From: Candidatus Methanoperedens sp.
GTDB taxonomy: Archaea; Halobacteriota; Methanosarcinia; Methanosarcinales; Methanoperedenaceae
Reading direction: 5' to 3'
NCBI GenBank assembly: GCA_027460535.1
Contig: JAPZAR010000030.1
Span: 60,001-92,000 of the forward strand
Length of the DNA stretch: 32,000 nt
Every line of letters begins with the position of its first letter. Within the stretch, counting starts at the first letter, position 1. The notes beneath the pieces were generated by a model that saw only the letters and a list, made by a program, of their open reading frames with translations, was not told the DNA's origin and did not search any database. The position numbers were made by a program, and so were the translations under genes. Below, in pieces: positions 19,701 to 25,487 of this stretch.

Positions 19701-22700
19701 AAACACATCTAGATAATTTGTTCCGTCATAGCTATAACGTAACGCAATTTGTTGTCCGTTCCTTGTGACCTCATACCAGTAGGTGTGCCTGACCCAACCA
19801 TTATTGACTATATCATCAGGAGCAACCAGATTGTTCTTATTAACGAGGTTGGTATCATTATTTACAAGGTATACGGTTATATCGTTATAATTATACCACT
19901 GATCCGTACCGCGGTCGATCAAGAGGTAATCACTAATACCATTTCCTAAAGGAATTATCAGCTTTTGACTTTGTGCACCAGTTCCGGGATAGTTAAAATT
20001 ATACGTCACTTTTGTACGCAAGATCCAGTTATCCCCATCAAAAGGACGAACCAAACTCAGGCTCGGGCACCAGCCACCACTACATCCTTGTCCCGTCCAT
20101 CCTCCTCCATGAGATAGCGGGCCTTGAAGGATATACTTTAAGTATCCTGGGTTATCGGTTAGTGAATAACTACCTTGACCTGACAATACTTGCCAAGATG
20201 AATCCAGAATCGGACTCGAAAAATCATCAAAAAACTCAAAAGTCTTTGTTCCATCGCTCGCACTCGCCGCGCCCGGATTCCCGTAATACATCCGCATGCT
20301 GGTATCTCCGCTTGCGAGTATGCTCGAAACATTCACCCACACCAGCGCGCTCCTGTTCGCATAATCCCATGTCTCAAACCAGTAACTCAACTCGGCGCCG
20401 CCCGCATCCCTGAATCGCAGGTCTGCGCCGCTGGTCTGCGCGCTGGTGGGGAAGGCGCTTCCTGTGAGATTTACAAGCACCTGATAATCAGTCAGGGCGC
20501 TGCCGGGGTTATTGATCGTTATATCCCGGTAATACTGCCAGCCGTCCTGGGTGCACGATGTGATTTCAGGCGCCGTCTTTGTGGTGCGATTTACCCAGGT
20601 CTGATTTATGTTGCCATTCGTATCCACAGTTCTTGTCGCAATACTATGCTCTGTATCCGGGTCAAAACCAGTTGCATTAAAGAATTGCACGCCTCTGGCG
20701 ATATTATCCCTAAATACTCCATCTATCCAGACGCTCAAACTGGCAAAGTCAGTATCCGCAGGATCAGTCCATGTCCAGTTGATGTAAGTAGGGGCATAGC
20801 TTACGTTTGTCAGGTCAGTGATGCTTGCAGGCGGCGCTGCATCACAAAATCCTTTCTCCGCGCCCACGCTGATCGAAGGCTCAGGGGACGTGTATTTGCG
20901 GACCAAAACCCTGCCGGGATAATTTAATGTGGTGTAGCCGTAGTTGTTGTAGAGGTCTGAAACTTCATCTGCATTCAAAGCGCGGTTGTAGATGCGGACT
21001 TCGTCGATTGTGCCGTTGAAATAACTGTTAAGCACAGAGCCTATCGTTAATGGAACATCGCTTGCAGCTATGGTGCCGGATGCATTTGCGGTTGAAACAG
21101 GAATTCCATCAACGTAGAGCACCAGGTTTGTGCCGTTATAGGTGCCTGTTACGTGATGCCAGCCTTTTGTTTGGATCCTGTTGTCAAACACGGAGTATAT
21201 GCCTTTGTTTGTGTTGATGCGCATACCGAAGCCGAAGGGAGTGCTTCCGTAACTGTTCTGACCGAGGCCGTAGAGGAGGCTGTAAGATGCGTTGCTGCCG
21301 GTTGTGTCGTATCTGGTGACTTGACCATTATGCGGCGCGAAATAGACGTTTCTGCCGTCAAAAACCCCACCACCAAAGCCTCCATTTGAATTTGAATTCT
21401 GCACTCCTGTGTCGTAAAATGTCCAAGAGTTCGAGTCCATGAATGAATTTGTTGTGTCGTATTTCATTACCCGACCGTCATAGTAAGGAATGAAAAAGAC
21501 ATATTTGCCGTCAAAGACAGCACCATGGAAGCCTTTTTTACCATAATTTCGAATTCCTGTATCATAAAAGTTCCAGGAATTCGGGTCTGCGAACGAGCCC
21601 AATGTATCGTATCTCGTTACCCTATCAAGAACAATAGGTACAAAATAGACATATCTGCCATCAAAAACTGCTCCTGAGAAACCCATTGAATTTGAATTCT
21701 GAGCTTTCGTATCATAGAAGTTCCAGGAATTCGGGTCTGTGAACGAACCACCAGTGTCGTATCTTGTTACCTGTCCATGACCCGTACCCGGATCTCCGTA
21801 TGGTACGAAATAGATATATTTACCGTCAAAAACCGCACCATAGAAGCCTCTTGAATTTGGATTTTGAGCTCTTGTGTCATAGAAACTCCATGAGATTGAG
21901 TCTGTAAAAGAGCTTGTCGTGTCATATCTTGTTACTTGGCCACCCTTACCTGTATAGGAAGGTGCTGGCACGAAGTAAATATACCTACCATCAAATACTG
22001 CTCCAATAAAACCTATTGAATTTGAATTCTGAGCTGTCGTGTCATAGAAGTTCCAGGAATTCGGATCTGTGAAAGATCCGGCTGTGTCATATCTTGTAAC
22101 CTGCCCGTGATAGGTGTAGGTGTCCCAAACTTCTGGTACGAAATAAATATATCTGCCGTCAAAAACTGCACCATAGAAGCCTTTTGAATTAGGATTCTGC
22201 GCTGCTGTGTCATAGAAACTCCATGAAGCTGAGTCATTAAACGAACCATTTGTATCATATCTTGTAACCTGACCATGATAAACGCCGTTATTGTATGGTA
22301 CAAAATAGACGTATCTCCCGTCAAAGACTGCACCAATGAAGCCTTTTGATTTAGAATTTTGAATTGCTGTATCGTAGAAGCTCCATGAATTCGGGTCTGT
22401 AAAATTACCCGTTCCAGTTTTATCCACAATCGCGCGTATGTTTTCCAGAGACGCGCCTCTTGATGCGTTTACCCATGCTTCGATGCTAATTTCATTCTGA
22501 ATATTCAGACTTGTATCATTCCCAGCATTTGCATAATCTTTCAAGCCATCAAAACTCAGCGCTTTTCCGAACTTCCCGGTAAGCCACATCGGATCATTAA
22601 CTAAAGCCCCATTATTTCCTTTTCCAGAGGTATCATAAGCAGTCACACTCGAACCTTCATCAAAATGCCAGCTTCCCATCACTGGCTTAACATTGTCGAT

Positions 22701-24746
22701 CACCCTCAAGAAGGTTGCATCTACATCGCTCGCTCTCACCGCGCCCGGATTCCCGTAATACATCCGCATGCTCGTGTCTCCGCTTGCGAGTATGCTTGAA
22801 ACATTCACCCACACCAGCGCGCTCCTGTTTGCATAATCCCATTTCTCAAACCAGTAACTCAACTCGGCGCCGCCCGCATCCCTGAATCGCAGGTCTGCGC
22901 CGCTGGGCTGCGCGCTGGTCGGGAAGGCGCTTCCTGTGAGATTTACAAGCACCTGATAATCGGTCAGGGCGCTGCCGGTGTTGTTTATTGTGAGATCACG
23001 GTAATACTGCCAGCCGCCTTGATTACATAATATATCGGATGTTACGGTCAAGGTCTGCGCAGGACTGGTTATTCCTTCATTGGTAGCTGTGATAAGGGTT
23101 GTTCCTGCTCCAACCGATGCTGCTAATCCTGAAGCATCTATAGTAGCTACACTGGTATTGCTCGATGACCAGGTTGCAGTAGTTGTAATGTTCTTTGTAC
23201 TACCATCTGAATAAGTTCCATTAGCTGTGAATTGTTGAGTCTGACCCAGAGTTATTGTTGGATTTTCAGGAGTGATCGCAATCGATACTAATTTTGCAGA
23301 AGTTACGGTCAAGGTCTGCGATGGGCTTGAAATACCGCCGCTTGTAGCATTGATCTGTGTAGTACCTGCGGCGACTGACGTTGCCAATCCAGTATCGCTT
23401 ATTGTTGCTATGCTTGAATTGTCTGACTTCCAGGTTGCAGTGGATGTGATGTTTTTAATGCTGCCATCTGAATAGGTTCCATTAGCGATGAATTGTTGAG
23501 TCTGTCCAAGTGCAATTACCGGGTTTACTGGTGTGAGCGCAATGGATACCAGTTTAGCTGCCGTCACGGTCAAAGTCTGGGCAGGACTTGTAATTCCTCC
23601 CGCGGCAGCAGTAATATCAGCAGTTCCTGCCGCGATTGACGTTGCAAACCCTGATGCAGCTATGGTCGCTGCGCTATGGTTGCTGGATGTCCAGGTTGCG
23701 GTGGAGGTGAGGTATTCCGTGCTGCCATCAGTATAAGTTCCAGTAGCTGTGAACTGCTGGGTCTCACCCAATACTATGGCTGGATTTATAGGGGTTACTG
23801 CTATCGATACCAATTTGGCAGAAGTCACGGTCATAGTTTGTGCAGGACTGGTTATCCCGTCACTGGAAGCTGTGATCTGGCTATTTCCAATAGCCTTTGA
23901 CGTAGCTAATCCAGAAGCATCAATGGTAGCTACACTGGTATTGCTCGACGACCAGGTTGCACTGGCAGTAATATCCTTTGTACTGCCATCGGAATAAGTT
24001 CCATTAGCGTTGAACTGTTTATTCTGGCCAAGAGCTATGGTTGGATTTACAGGAGTAACTGCGATCGATACTAATGTACCAGAAGTTGATCCGTGAGCCT
24101 GGTGGTTTCCACCTTTCAGGTTGCCAGAGACCGAAAGGACGAGTTTGCCTTTGGCATCCCAAATATAAATTGTAGCAGAATCTTTATTGCCAGGCTCTCC
24201 AGCATCGGTAAATATCCAGTGCGCGGAGGCGCCGGGCACACCATTATAGATGCCGGTACCGCTACCTTCATAGGTATCAAAGCCGGCAGAAGGTGGATTG
24301 GGCTTGATGGCAGGATCATCAGTGCACGAGGCTGTGGTGAGATTTTCAAGATGGAACTTATTGCCCTTATCCCAGTTAATTTCGAGGTTGTTCGGGTTCG
24401 TGCTGGCATCGCAGTTCAGCTCGAAGCCGTGCGTTACTCGCATGCTGCCATTGAACACGCTGCCTCCACCGGTCATGCGTCCATTTATTTCAGGAGGGGA
24501 GTAGACATGGTCTATTGCATTGCTCTCAGCACCGATATTCGAGTTAGGTCCATCATTGGCCTTGGGTGTGGAACTCACTTGGCCATTATAATTACTCGGT
24601 ATATAGGTCGGGTTGGGCGTAGTGCTTAATGTTCCATCAAGCTCTGAAGCAGCCGATACAACAGGTACATAAAGAATAGATGAATTCAATATAAGAGTTA
24701 TTAATGCTATTGATAATATCTGAGACAACAAGTCTGATGATTTCAC
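10791..24746 (-). CDS. Giant secreted RHS/YD-repeat polymorphic-toxin-like surface protein (4,651 aa) with a C-terminal LAS/M15-like peptidase domain
   Basis: Single uninterrupted ORF. It has a GTG start preceded by GAGGTGAG, an N-terminal signal peptide, and Big_2, DUF2341-like, LamG-like, FN3-like and propeller modules. Dozens of YD repeats follow (YxYDxxGN...). The RHS core reads YYLRARYYNQAIGRFISMDS...YLYANAAPADKIDPSGQ, followed by a 224-aa variable C-terminus. Confidence 0.92.
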   Translation of the reverse strand: MKSSDLLSQILSIALITLILNSSILYVPVVSAASELDGTLSTTPNPTYIPSNYNGQVSSTPKANDGPNSNIGAESNAIDHVYSPPEINGRMTGGGSVFNGSMRVTHGFELNCDASTNPNNLEINWDKGNKFHLENLTTASCTDDPAIKPNPPSAGFDTYEGSGTGIYNGVPGASAHWIFTDAGEPGNKDSATIYIWDAKGKLVLSVSGNLKGGNHQAHGSTSGTLVSIAVTPVNPTIALGQNKQFNANGTYSDGSTKDITASATWSSSNTSVATIDASGLATSKAIGNSQITASSDGITSPAQTMTVTSAKLVSIAVTPINPAIVLGETQQFTATGTYTDGSTEYLTSTATWTSSNHSAATIAASGFATSIAAGTADITAAAGGITSPAQTLTVTAAKLVSIALTPVNPVIALGQTQQFIANGTYSDGSIKNITSTATWKSDNSSIATISDTGLATSVAAGTTQINATSGGISSPSQTLTVTSAKLVSIAITPENPTITLGQTQQFTANGTYSDGSTKNITTTATWSSSNTSVATIDASGLAASVGAGTTLITATNEGITSPAQTLTVTSDILCNQGGWQYYRDLTINNTGSALTDYQVLVNLTGSAFPTSAQPSGADLRFRDAGGAELSYWFEKWDYANRSALVWVNVSSILASGDTSMRMYYGNPGAVRASDVDATFLRVIDNVKPVMGSWHFDEGSSVTAYDTSGKGNNGALVNDPMWLTGKFGKALSFDGLKDYANAGNDTSLNIQNEISIEAWVNASRGASLENIRAIVDKTGTGNFTDPNSWSFYDTAIQNSKSKGFIGAVFDGRYVYFVPYNNGVYHGQVTRYDTNGSFNDSASWSFYDTAAQNPNSKGFYGAVFDGRYIYFVPEVWDTYTYHGQVTRYDTAGSFTDPNSWNFYDTTAQNSNSIGFIGAVFDGRYIYFVPAPSYTGKGGQVTRYDTTSSFTDSISWSFYDTRAQNPNSRGFYGAVFDGKYIYFVPYGDPGTGHGQVTRYDTGGSFTDPNSWNFYDTKAQNSNSMGFSGAVFDGRYVYFVPIVLDRVTRYDTLGSFADPNSWNFYDTGIRNYGKKGFHGAVFDGKYVFFIPYYDGRVMKYDTTNSFMDSNSWTFYDTGVQNSNSNGGFGGGVFDGRNVYFAPHNGQVTRYDTTGSNASYSLLYGLGQNSYGSTPFGFGMRINTNKGIYSVFDNRIQTKGWHHVTGTYNGTNLVLYVDGIPVSTANASGTIAASDVPLTIGSVLNSYFNGTIDEVRIYNRALNADEVSDLYNNYGYTTLNYPGRVLVRKYTSPEPSISVGAEKGFCDAAPPASITDLTNVSYAPTYINWTWTDPADTDFASLSVWIDGVFRDNIARGVQFFNATGFDPDTEHSIATRTVDTNGNINQTWVNRTTKTAPEITSCTQDGWQYYRDITINNPGSALTDYQVLVNLTGSAFPTSAQTSGADLRFRDAGGAELSYWFETWDYANRSALVWVNVSSILASGDTSMRMYYGNPGAASASDGTKTFEFFDDFSSPILDSSWQVLSGQGSYSLTDNPGYLKYILQGPLSHGGGWTGQGCSGGWCPSLSLVRPFDGDNWILRTKVTYNFNYPGTGAQSQKLIIPLGNGISDYLLIDRGTDQWYNYNDITVYLVNNDTNLVNKNNLVAPDDIVNNGWVRHTYWYEVTRNGQQIALRYSYDGTNYLDVFSATLTTPVEATQRVVISSTVWATAGSYADWDYIYARKYTSPDLLVGVGAEKVSCDSTPPASITDLTNVSYARNYINWTWTDPADADFASVSVWIDGVFKDNIARGVQFFNATGFAPDTEHIIATRTVDIYGNINQTWVNHTARTAPVTDTTSCPSITNLTNKSYAPTYINWTWTEPGNSDFSKVMIYIDGIFKTNVSKGVRFYNATGFSQDTEHTISARLSDVVDCIEPCSNWTVESGIRLDGGWASNPSIVKLADGKYRMYHSDASSVPPYTYPTNIRSAISSDAMNWTKESGIRVGEGYGGQEGWANEPEVLVLSDGTYRMYYDHEYAFGGWVRGVILSAISSDGLNWTKEQGTRIDYGGTYDTVLAEGPNIVELSDGTYRMYYQGLNSQYGNYRILSAVSTDGFNWTKEEGIRINIGGTYDSFGVSSPRIIKFSDGRFVLSYSGADAQWNSRLLTAVSADGLKWSKECGIRIDNKGLEGGPYSIVSPGEIVRISDDQYRMYFTGDRYPPTFYGNRNAILSAIGTFRNIPQPCGSINQTWVNHTARTAPLLDNSPPASITNLASINGTTWINWTWSNPQDSDFNHTMIYLNGSWKDNISNPYYNATGLAPDTVYEIGTRTVDIAGNINATWVNETARTLNVTSARLVSIEVTPKNPAIALGETQHFTANATYSDGSTKNITSIATWSSSNTSVVTIDNSGTATSVSAGTINITASSEGITSPAQALTVTSAKLVSIAITPVNPTISLGQTKQFMANGTYSDGSIKNITSTATWSSGNTSVAAIDVSGFATSKAAGTTGITASSAGITSPAQVLIVTSAILVSIAITPLNPTIALGQTQQFVANGTYSDGSIRNITSFATWASSNTSVATINAAGLATSVAPGTSLINATSDGITSPAQTLTVTSAKPVSIAVTPVNPIIALGQTRQFIANGTYTDGTEKNITSIAAWSSSNTSVATIDASGLATSVSPGNTLINATSEGITSPAEILTVTPAKLVSIAVTPLNPTISQGQTQQFTANGTYTDSSSKNITSSAIWSSSNTSVATIDVTGLATSVAPGTTQINATSDGIISPARTLTVTSAKLVSITVTPVNPTVAIGQTQQFIANGTYSDGTKKNLISIAVWSSSNTSVASINASGLAASVAPGTTLINATSDGISSPAQTLTVAPPAGPDYIRPAVEVIVIPQANVGEPVTITVKATDNVGVISRSLTVNGVPVALDASWNATYSSPAVGVFTAVGTALDAAGNEGLDKAEFRVLSPGDIILPTVGITSPADDSKFSFPTNITGTASDANLISYRLEYSAKDKNEFITFAGGNSSVTNGVLGKLDPTTMRNGLYDIKLTAEDASGNTAYVIKTYQIDGEMKVGAFTISFNDLTVPMAGIPITVTRTYDSRVKSKGDFGIGWTLDFESIELQENRVPGEGWGLYCKRSLFGTCLEWGVSASSSHTIVVSIPGTRDQEFDVQAVTSYADESGIAQGYFTFAAQSGTFSTLESLDPVTYDYLQDDKLYDADFNEINPNRYKLTTMDGAVYTANQPTGLESIRDTNGNTITIGAGGIIHSGGKSVTFTRDALARITKITDPMGSTIRYEYDYYGDLVSVTDQEGRTTRFTYNSDHGLVDIVDPRGIKPARTEYDNDGRVIAHTDADGNRIEYTHNIGTRQEIVKDRLGSITAYDYDDRGNVLQKTDPLGGVTKYTYDARDNKLSETDPLGYTTNYTYDSKDNLLSQKDPLGNTVAYTYNSRGQMLITTDAMGNVTTNTYDANGNLLSTTDPLGYVTANLYDAAGNLIRMTDPLGGVTSYTYDGAGNMVSQTDTLGNVFAYTYDANGNRLSETSPTGGISQYDYDKSNRLVQTIDPYGNTTATEYDAIGKEAATIDKLGNRMEREYDARGNLARLVNPDGTDESYTYDVENRKITSTDRAGRTTSYTYDKLGKMTKTTYPDGNFTQSEYEAAGRVTQVINERSNPTRYTYDAAGRQISVIDALGDTTTYAYDKNGNKLNETMPSGSITKYGYDKANRLVQTIDHYGNLTTTEYNANGKEVATIDKLGNRLQSEYDAKGNLVKMVYPDGRDERYTYDVESRKNTSIDRAGRTTRYTYDKLGRMIKTIYPDGNITQTEYDAAGRITRVINERGNPTSYTYDSEGRQISVIDALGNTTTYAYDNNGNQIQMTDARGSVFQYQYDFRNRKIKTIYPDSTSTAIAYDASGIKVSETDQAGNAMQFEYDALERLVKVTDALGQVTAYAYDESGNMVSQTDANNHITSFEYDKLGRRTKRTLPLGMSETAAYDAAGNMVSQTDFNGNTTTFTYDANSRLTRKSFPDGSSDIFTYTASGQRKTVTDSRGVTSYEYDARDRLVKQTDPDGRSLSYAYNEAGNRVLLTIPSGTTSYTFDVLNRLSTVTDPDGGVTSYTYDAVGNRDSVTYPNGAVAEYTYDSLNRMTNLLNRKSVGGVISSYSYTLAPAGNRIRVVEDTGRKVDYSYDKTYKLTNESINDPVSGLRMINYSYDAVGNRLIKMDDDASRTYTYDANDRLLTEWDNSFTYDNNGNTLKRINATENVLYRYDFQNRLVKADITDVSGSSVVEYAYNGDNIRVQKIVDGSDTTKYLVDGNQPYAQVLLETDGVDMPIVSYVYGDDLISQNRSGSISYYLYDGHMSARKLADSNGTITDSYMYDAFGLLLQQFGSTANNYLYNGEQYDHNVGFYYLRARYYNQAIGRFISMDSYKGDIFDPVSLHEYLYANAAPADKIDPSGQISLSDVILISPMMDIFDKYMARSSTHLTPYRIVYDPEFFFELDGVQLSPTLYNHVKSLSDYLLINHLVSGNIKFGEGVRSPKKAHLWSTAWSILNNRVPIENLRAHPVDEDGNLWYKPEWKIFDLIDQYVLIRQNAISKYVGNEAAKGNEAAEGYKIGDSHRAPNTYPGVSNHCSGNAMDVTIPWRSGGGTDAKANGLVALFNLKRPVPSEPRHHFELQSFLVI
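10794..11465 (-). other. C-terminal toxin domain (aa 4428-4651), LAS/M15 VanY-like zinc peptidase motif set
   Basis: GVRS (R4506), SNHCSGNAMD (H4600-x6-D4607; His codon at 10947-10949) and EPRHHFE (H4641/H4642; codons at 10821-10826). These match the GxRS / SxHxxGxAxD / ExxH pattern of VanY/M15 peptidoglycan peptidases. Confidence 0.65.
11466..15610 (-). other. RHS/YD-repeat shell including the RHS-associated core
   Basis: Begins around ITVTRTYDSRVKSKGDFGIGWTLDFE. It has a continuous run of YD repeats (e.g. YTYDANGNLLSTTDPLG, YEYDARDRLVKQTDPDG). It ends with ARYYNQAIGRFISMDS and DPSGQ (Asp codon at 11478-11480). Confidence 0.9.
16205..17780 (-). repeat. Array of 6 tandem Big_2 domains, 261-nt period
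   Basis: Same 87-aa unit as the first array, present 6 times (TSAKLVSIAxTPxNPTIxLGQTQQF...SPAQTLTV). Confidence 0.85.
18120..19012 (-). repeat. Five-blade Asp-box-like beta-propeller
   Basis: Five units of about 58 aa: (S)A(I/V)SxDGxNWTKExGIRIxxGGxYD...P.IVxLSDGTYRMYY. The SxDGxxW element resembles BNR/Asp-box or GH-type propellers. Confidence 0.55.
19560..20270 (-). other. Concanavalin-like/beta-sandwich domain (unassigned)
   Basis: FEFFDDFSSPILDSSWQVLSGQGSYSLTDNPGYLKY...WILRTKVTYNF...WYEVTRNGQQIALRYSYDGTNY. The pattern resembles a lectin/glucanase-fold jelly roll. The assignment is tentative. Confidence 0.4.
20275..20548 (-). other. DUF2341-like module 2 (about 93-96% nt identity to module 1)
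   Basis: GWQYYRDITINNPGSALTDYQVLVNLTGSAFP...SYWFETWDYANRSALVWVNV...MRMYYGNPGA. A hand alignment to 22745-23020 shows about 20 mismatches in about 290 nt. Confidence 0.6.
20575..20850 (-). other. FN3-like domain 1 (sequon-rich archaeal surface-protein type)
   Basis: PPASITDLTNVSYAPTYINWTWTDPADTDFASLSVWIDGVF...NATGFDPDTEHSIATRTVDTNGNINQTWVN. Related copies lie at 19270-19545, 19045-19265 and 17785-18050. Confidence 0.6.
21300..22410 (-). repeat. Seven tandem repeats of about 53 aa (Kelch-like/beta-propeller-like) inserted inside a LamG-like domain
   Basis: The unit SFTDPNSWxFYDTxAQNxNSxGFxGAVFDGRYIYFVPyxxxxxHGQVTRYDTxG occurs 7 times. It is flanked by LamG-like halves: MGSWHFDEGSS...ISIEAWVNA at 22410-22690, and GWHHVTGTYNGTNLVLYVDG...FNGTIDEVRIYNRAL at 20945-21300. 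Confidence 0.6.
22745..23020 (-). other. DUF2341-like module 1
   Basis: GWQYYRDLTINNTGSALTDYQVLVNLTGSAFP...ADLRFRDAGGAELSYWFEKWDYANRSALVWVNV...MRMYYGNPGA. The DNA is locally very GC-rich. Confidence 0.6.
23040..24085 (-). repeat. Array of 4 tandem Big_2 (bacterial Ig-like group 2) domains, 261-nt period
   Basis: The 87-aa unit LVSIAVTPxNPxIALGQTQQFxANGTYSDGSxKNITSxATWSSSNTSVATIDASGLATSxxAGTTxIxATSxGITSPAQTLTVTSAK is repeated 4 times. Confidence 0.85.
24648..24746 (-). other. Sec-type signal peptide of the giant protein
   Basis: MKSSD (n-region), LLSQILSIALITLILNSSILYVPVV (h-region), and a SAA/SE candidate cleavage site. Confidence 0.65.
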
Positions 24747-24749
24747 TTT

Positions 24750-24757
24750 CTCACCTC
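24750..24757 (-). promoter_or_regulatory. Shine-Dalgarno-like ribosome-binding site of the giant gene
   Basis: The minus strand reads GAGGTGAG aaa GTG, with the start codon at 24744-24746. Confidence 0.5.
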
Positions 24758-24926
24758 AATGCAATCAATAAAACTATCAGCAGACCTGTGCATCATGCCC
24801 CCTTTCCTCACAAATGCCCGCCAACAACAAGGCCATCACCATTCTTTTAGGGCAAGCCAACTGCAATCTTTTCCTTGATAATTTTCCCACCTCTTTCACC
24901 ACACCATGGCCCACTCCTTTGAGCGG

Positions 24927-24944
24927 CCATCATATACATGATGG
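24927..24944. promoter_or_regulatory. Palindrome ccatcat-atac-atgatgg between the wHTH gene and the giant gene
   Basis: Perfect 7-bp arms with a 4-nt spacer, about 180 nt upstream of the giant-gene start. It could be an operator or an RNA hairpin, and its function is untested. Confidence 0.25.
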
Positions 24945-25080
24945 TTTGACTATTAACTAACTGATATTAAAACCTTCCGAAATTTTTAATATAGATTAAT
25001 TATTATTAAATTGATATCCACTTCTCCCTTCCCTTCTATCCACTATTCCTGCATTTAGCTGAGTTTTGCCTTTATCGATA

Positions 25081-25449
25081 TCAGCGACTTGGCACGACAT
25101 CTTCCTTATCTGGATGAGCGAGCCTTTTCCATAGTCTGATGATCTTTTCGCTACGATCTTCTTTCTTAAGGTCGAGAGAAAGCTCTCCTCCATTGATATG
25201 CACCACAGCCTCGCGAATTGCACAGCGATAATATTTCTCCTCGTTACCCTGAAGATTTATGATCGTCTTCACATGCTGAATGAGCCCCGTACTTTCCAGA
25301 AGCTTAAGCTTCCTGTACACAGTTGCAAGCGGTATTTCGAGTTCCTGGCTCAATTGGATGGCTGAACATTCTTTTATGGATGTCAGGGATATTATTGCTC
25401 GTGAGTACTTATTTGCCAGGAGCTCAAAAAGCAACTCTTCTTTGCTCAT
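25081..25449 (-). CDS. ArsR-like winged-helix transcriptional regulator
   Basis: MSKEELLFELLANKYSRAIISLTSIKECSAIQLSQELEIPLATVYRKLKLLESTGLI is a wHTH. An alternative TTG start at 25482 lies 5 nt after the upstream gene's stop. Confidence 0.75.
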   Translation of the reverse strand: MSKEELLFELLANKYSRAIISLTSIKECSAIQLSQELEIPLATVYRKLKLLESTGLIQHVKTIINLQGNEEKYYRCAIREAVVHINGGELSLDLKKEDRSEKIIRLWKRLAHPDKEDVVPSR

Positions 25450-25487
25450 ATTTGATCTATTCCAATTACCTTCTTCCACCAATATTA

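Noticed and set aside
12701-24629. Many 60-190-aa ORFs inside the giant gene on both strands (e.g. 14658-15227, 24093-24629, 22013-22429, 20012-20413).
   Set aside because: All are nested in the single 13,956-nt ORF, whose translation has coherent domain structure throughout. The nested ORFs mirror its internal repeats (e.g. repeated ...VANPxxSIVATLVLLDD... peptides antisense to the Big_2 units) and have no independent support.
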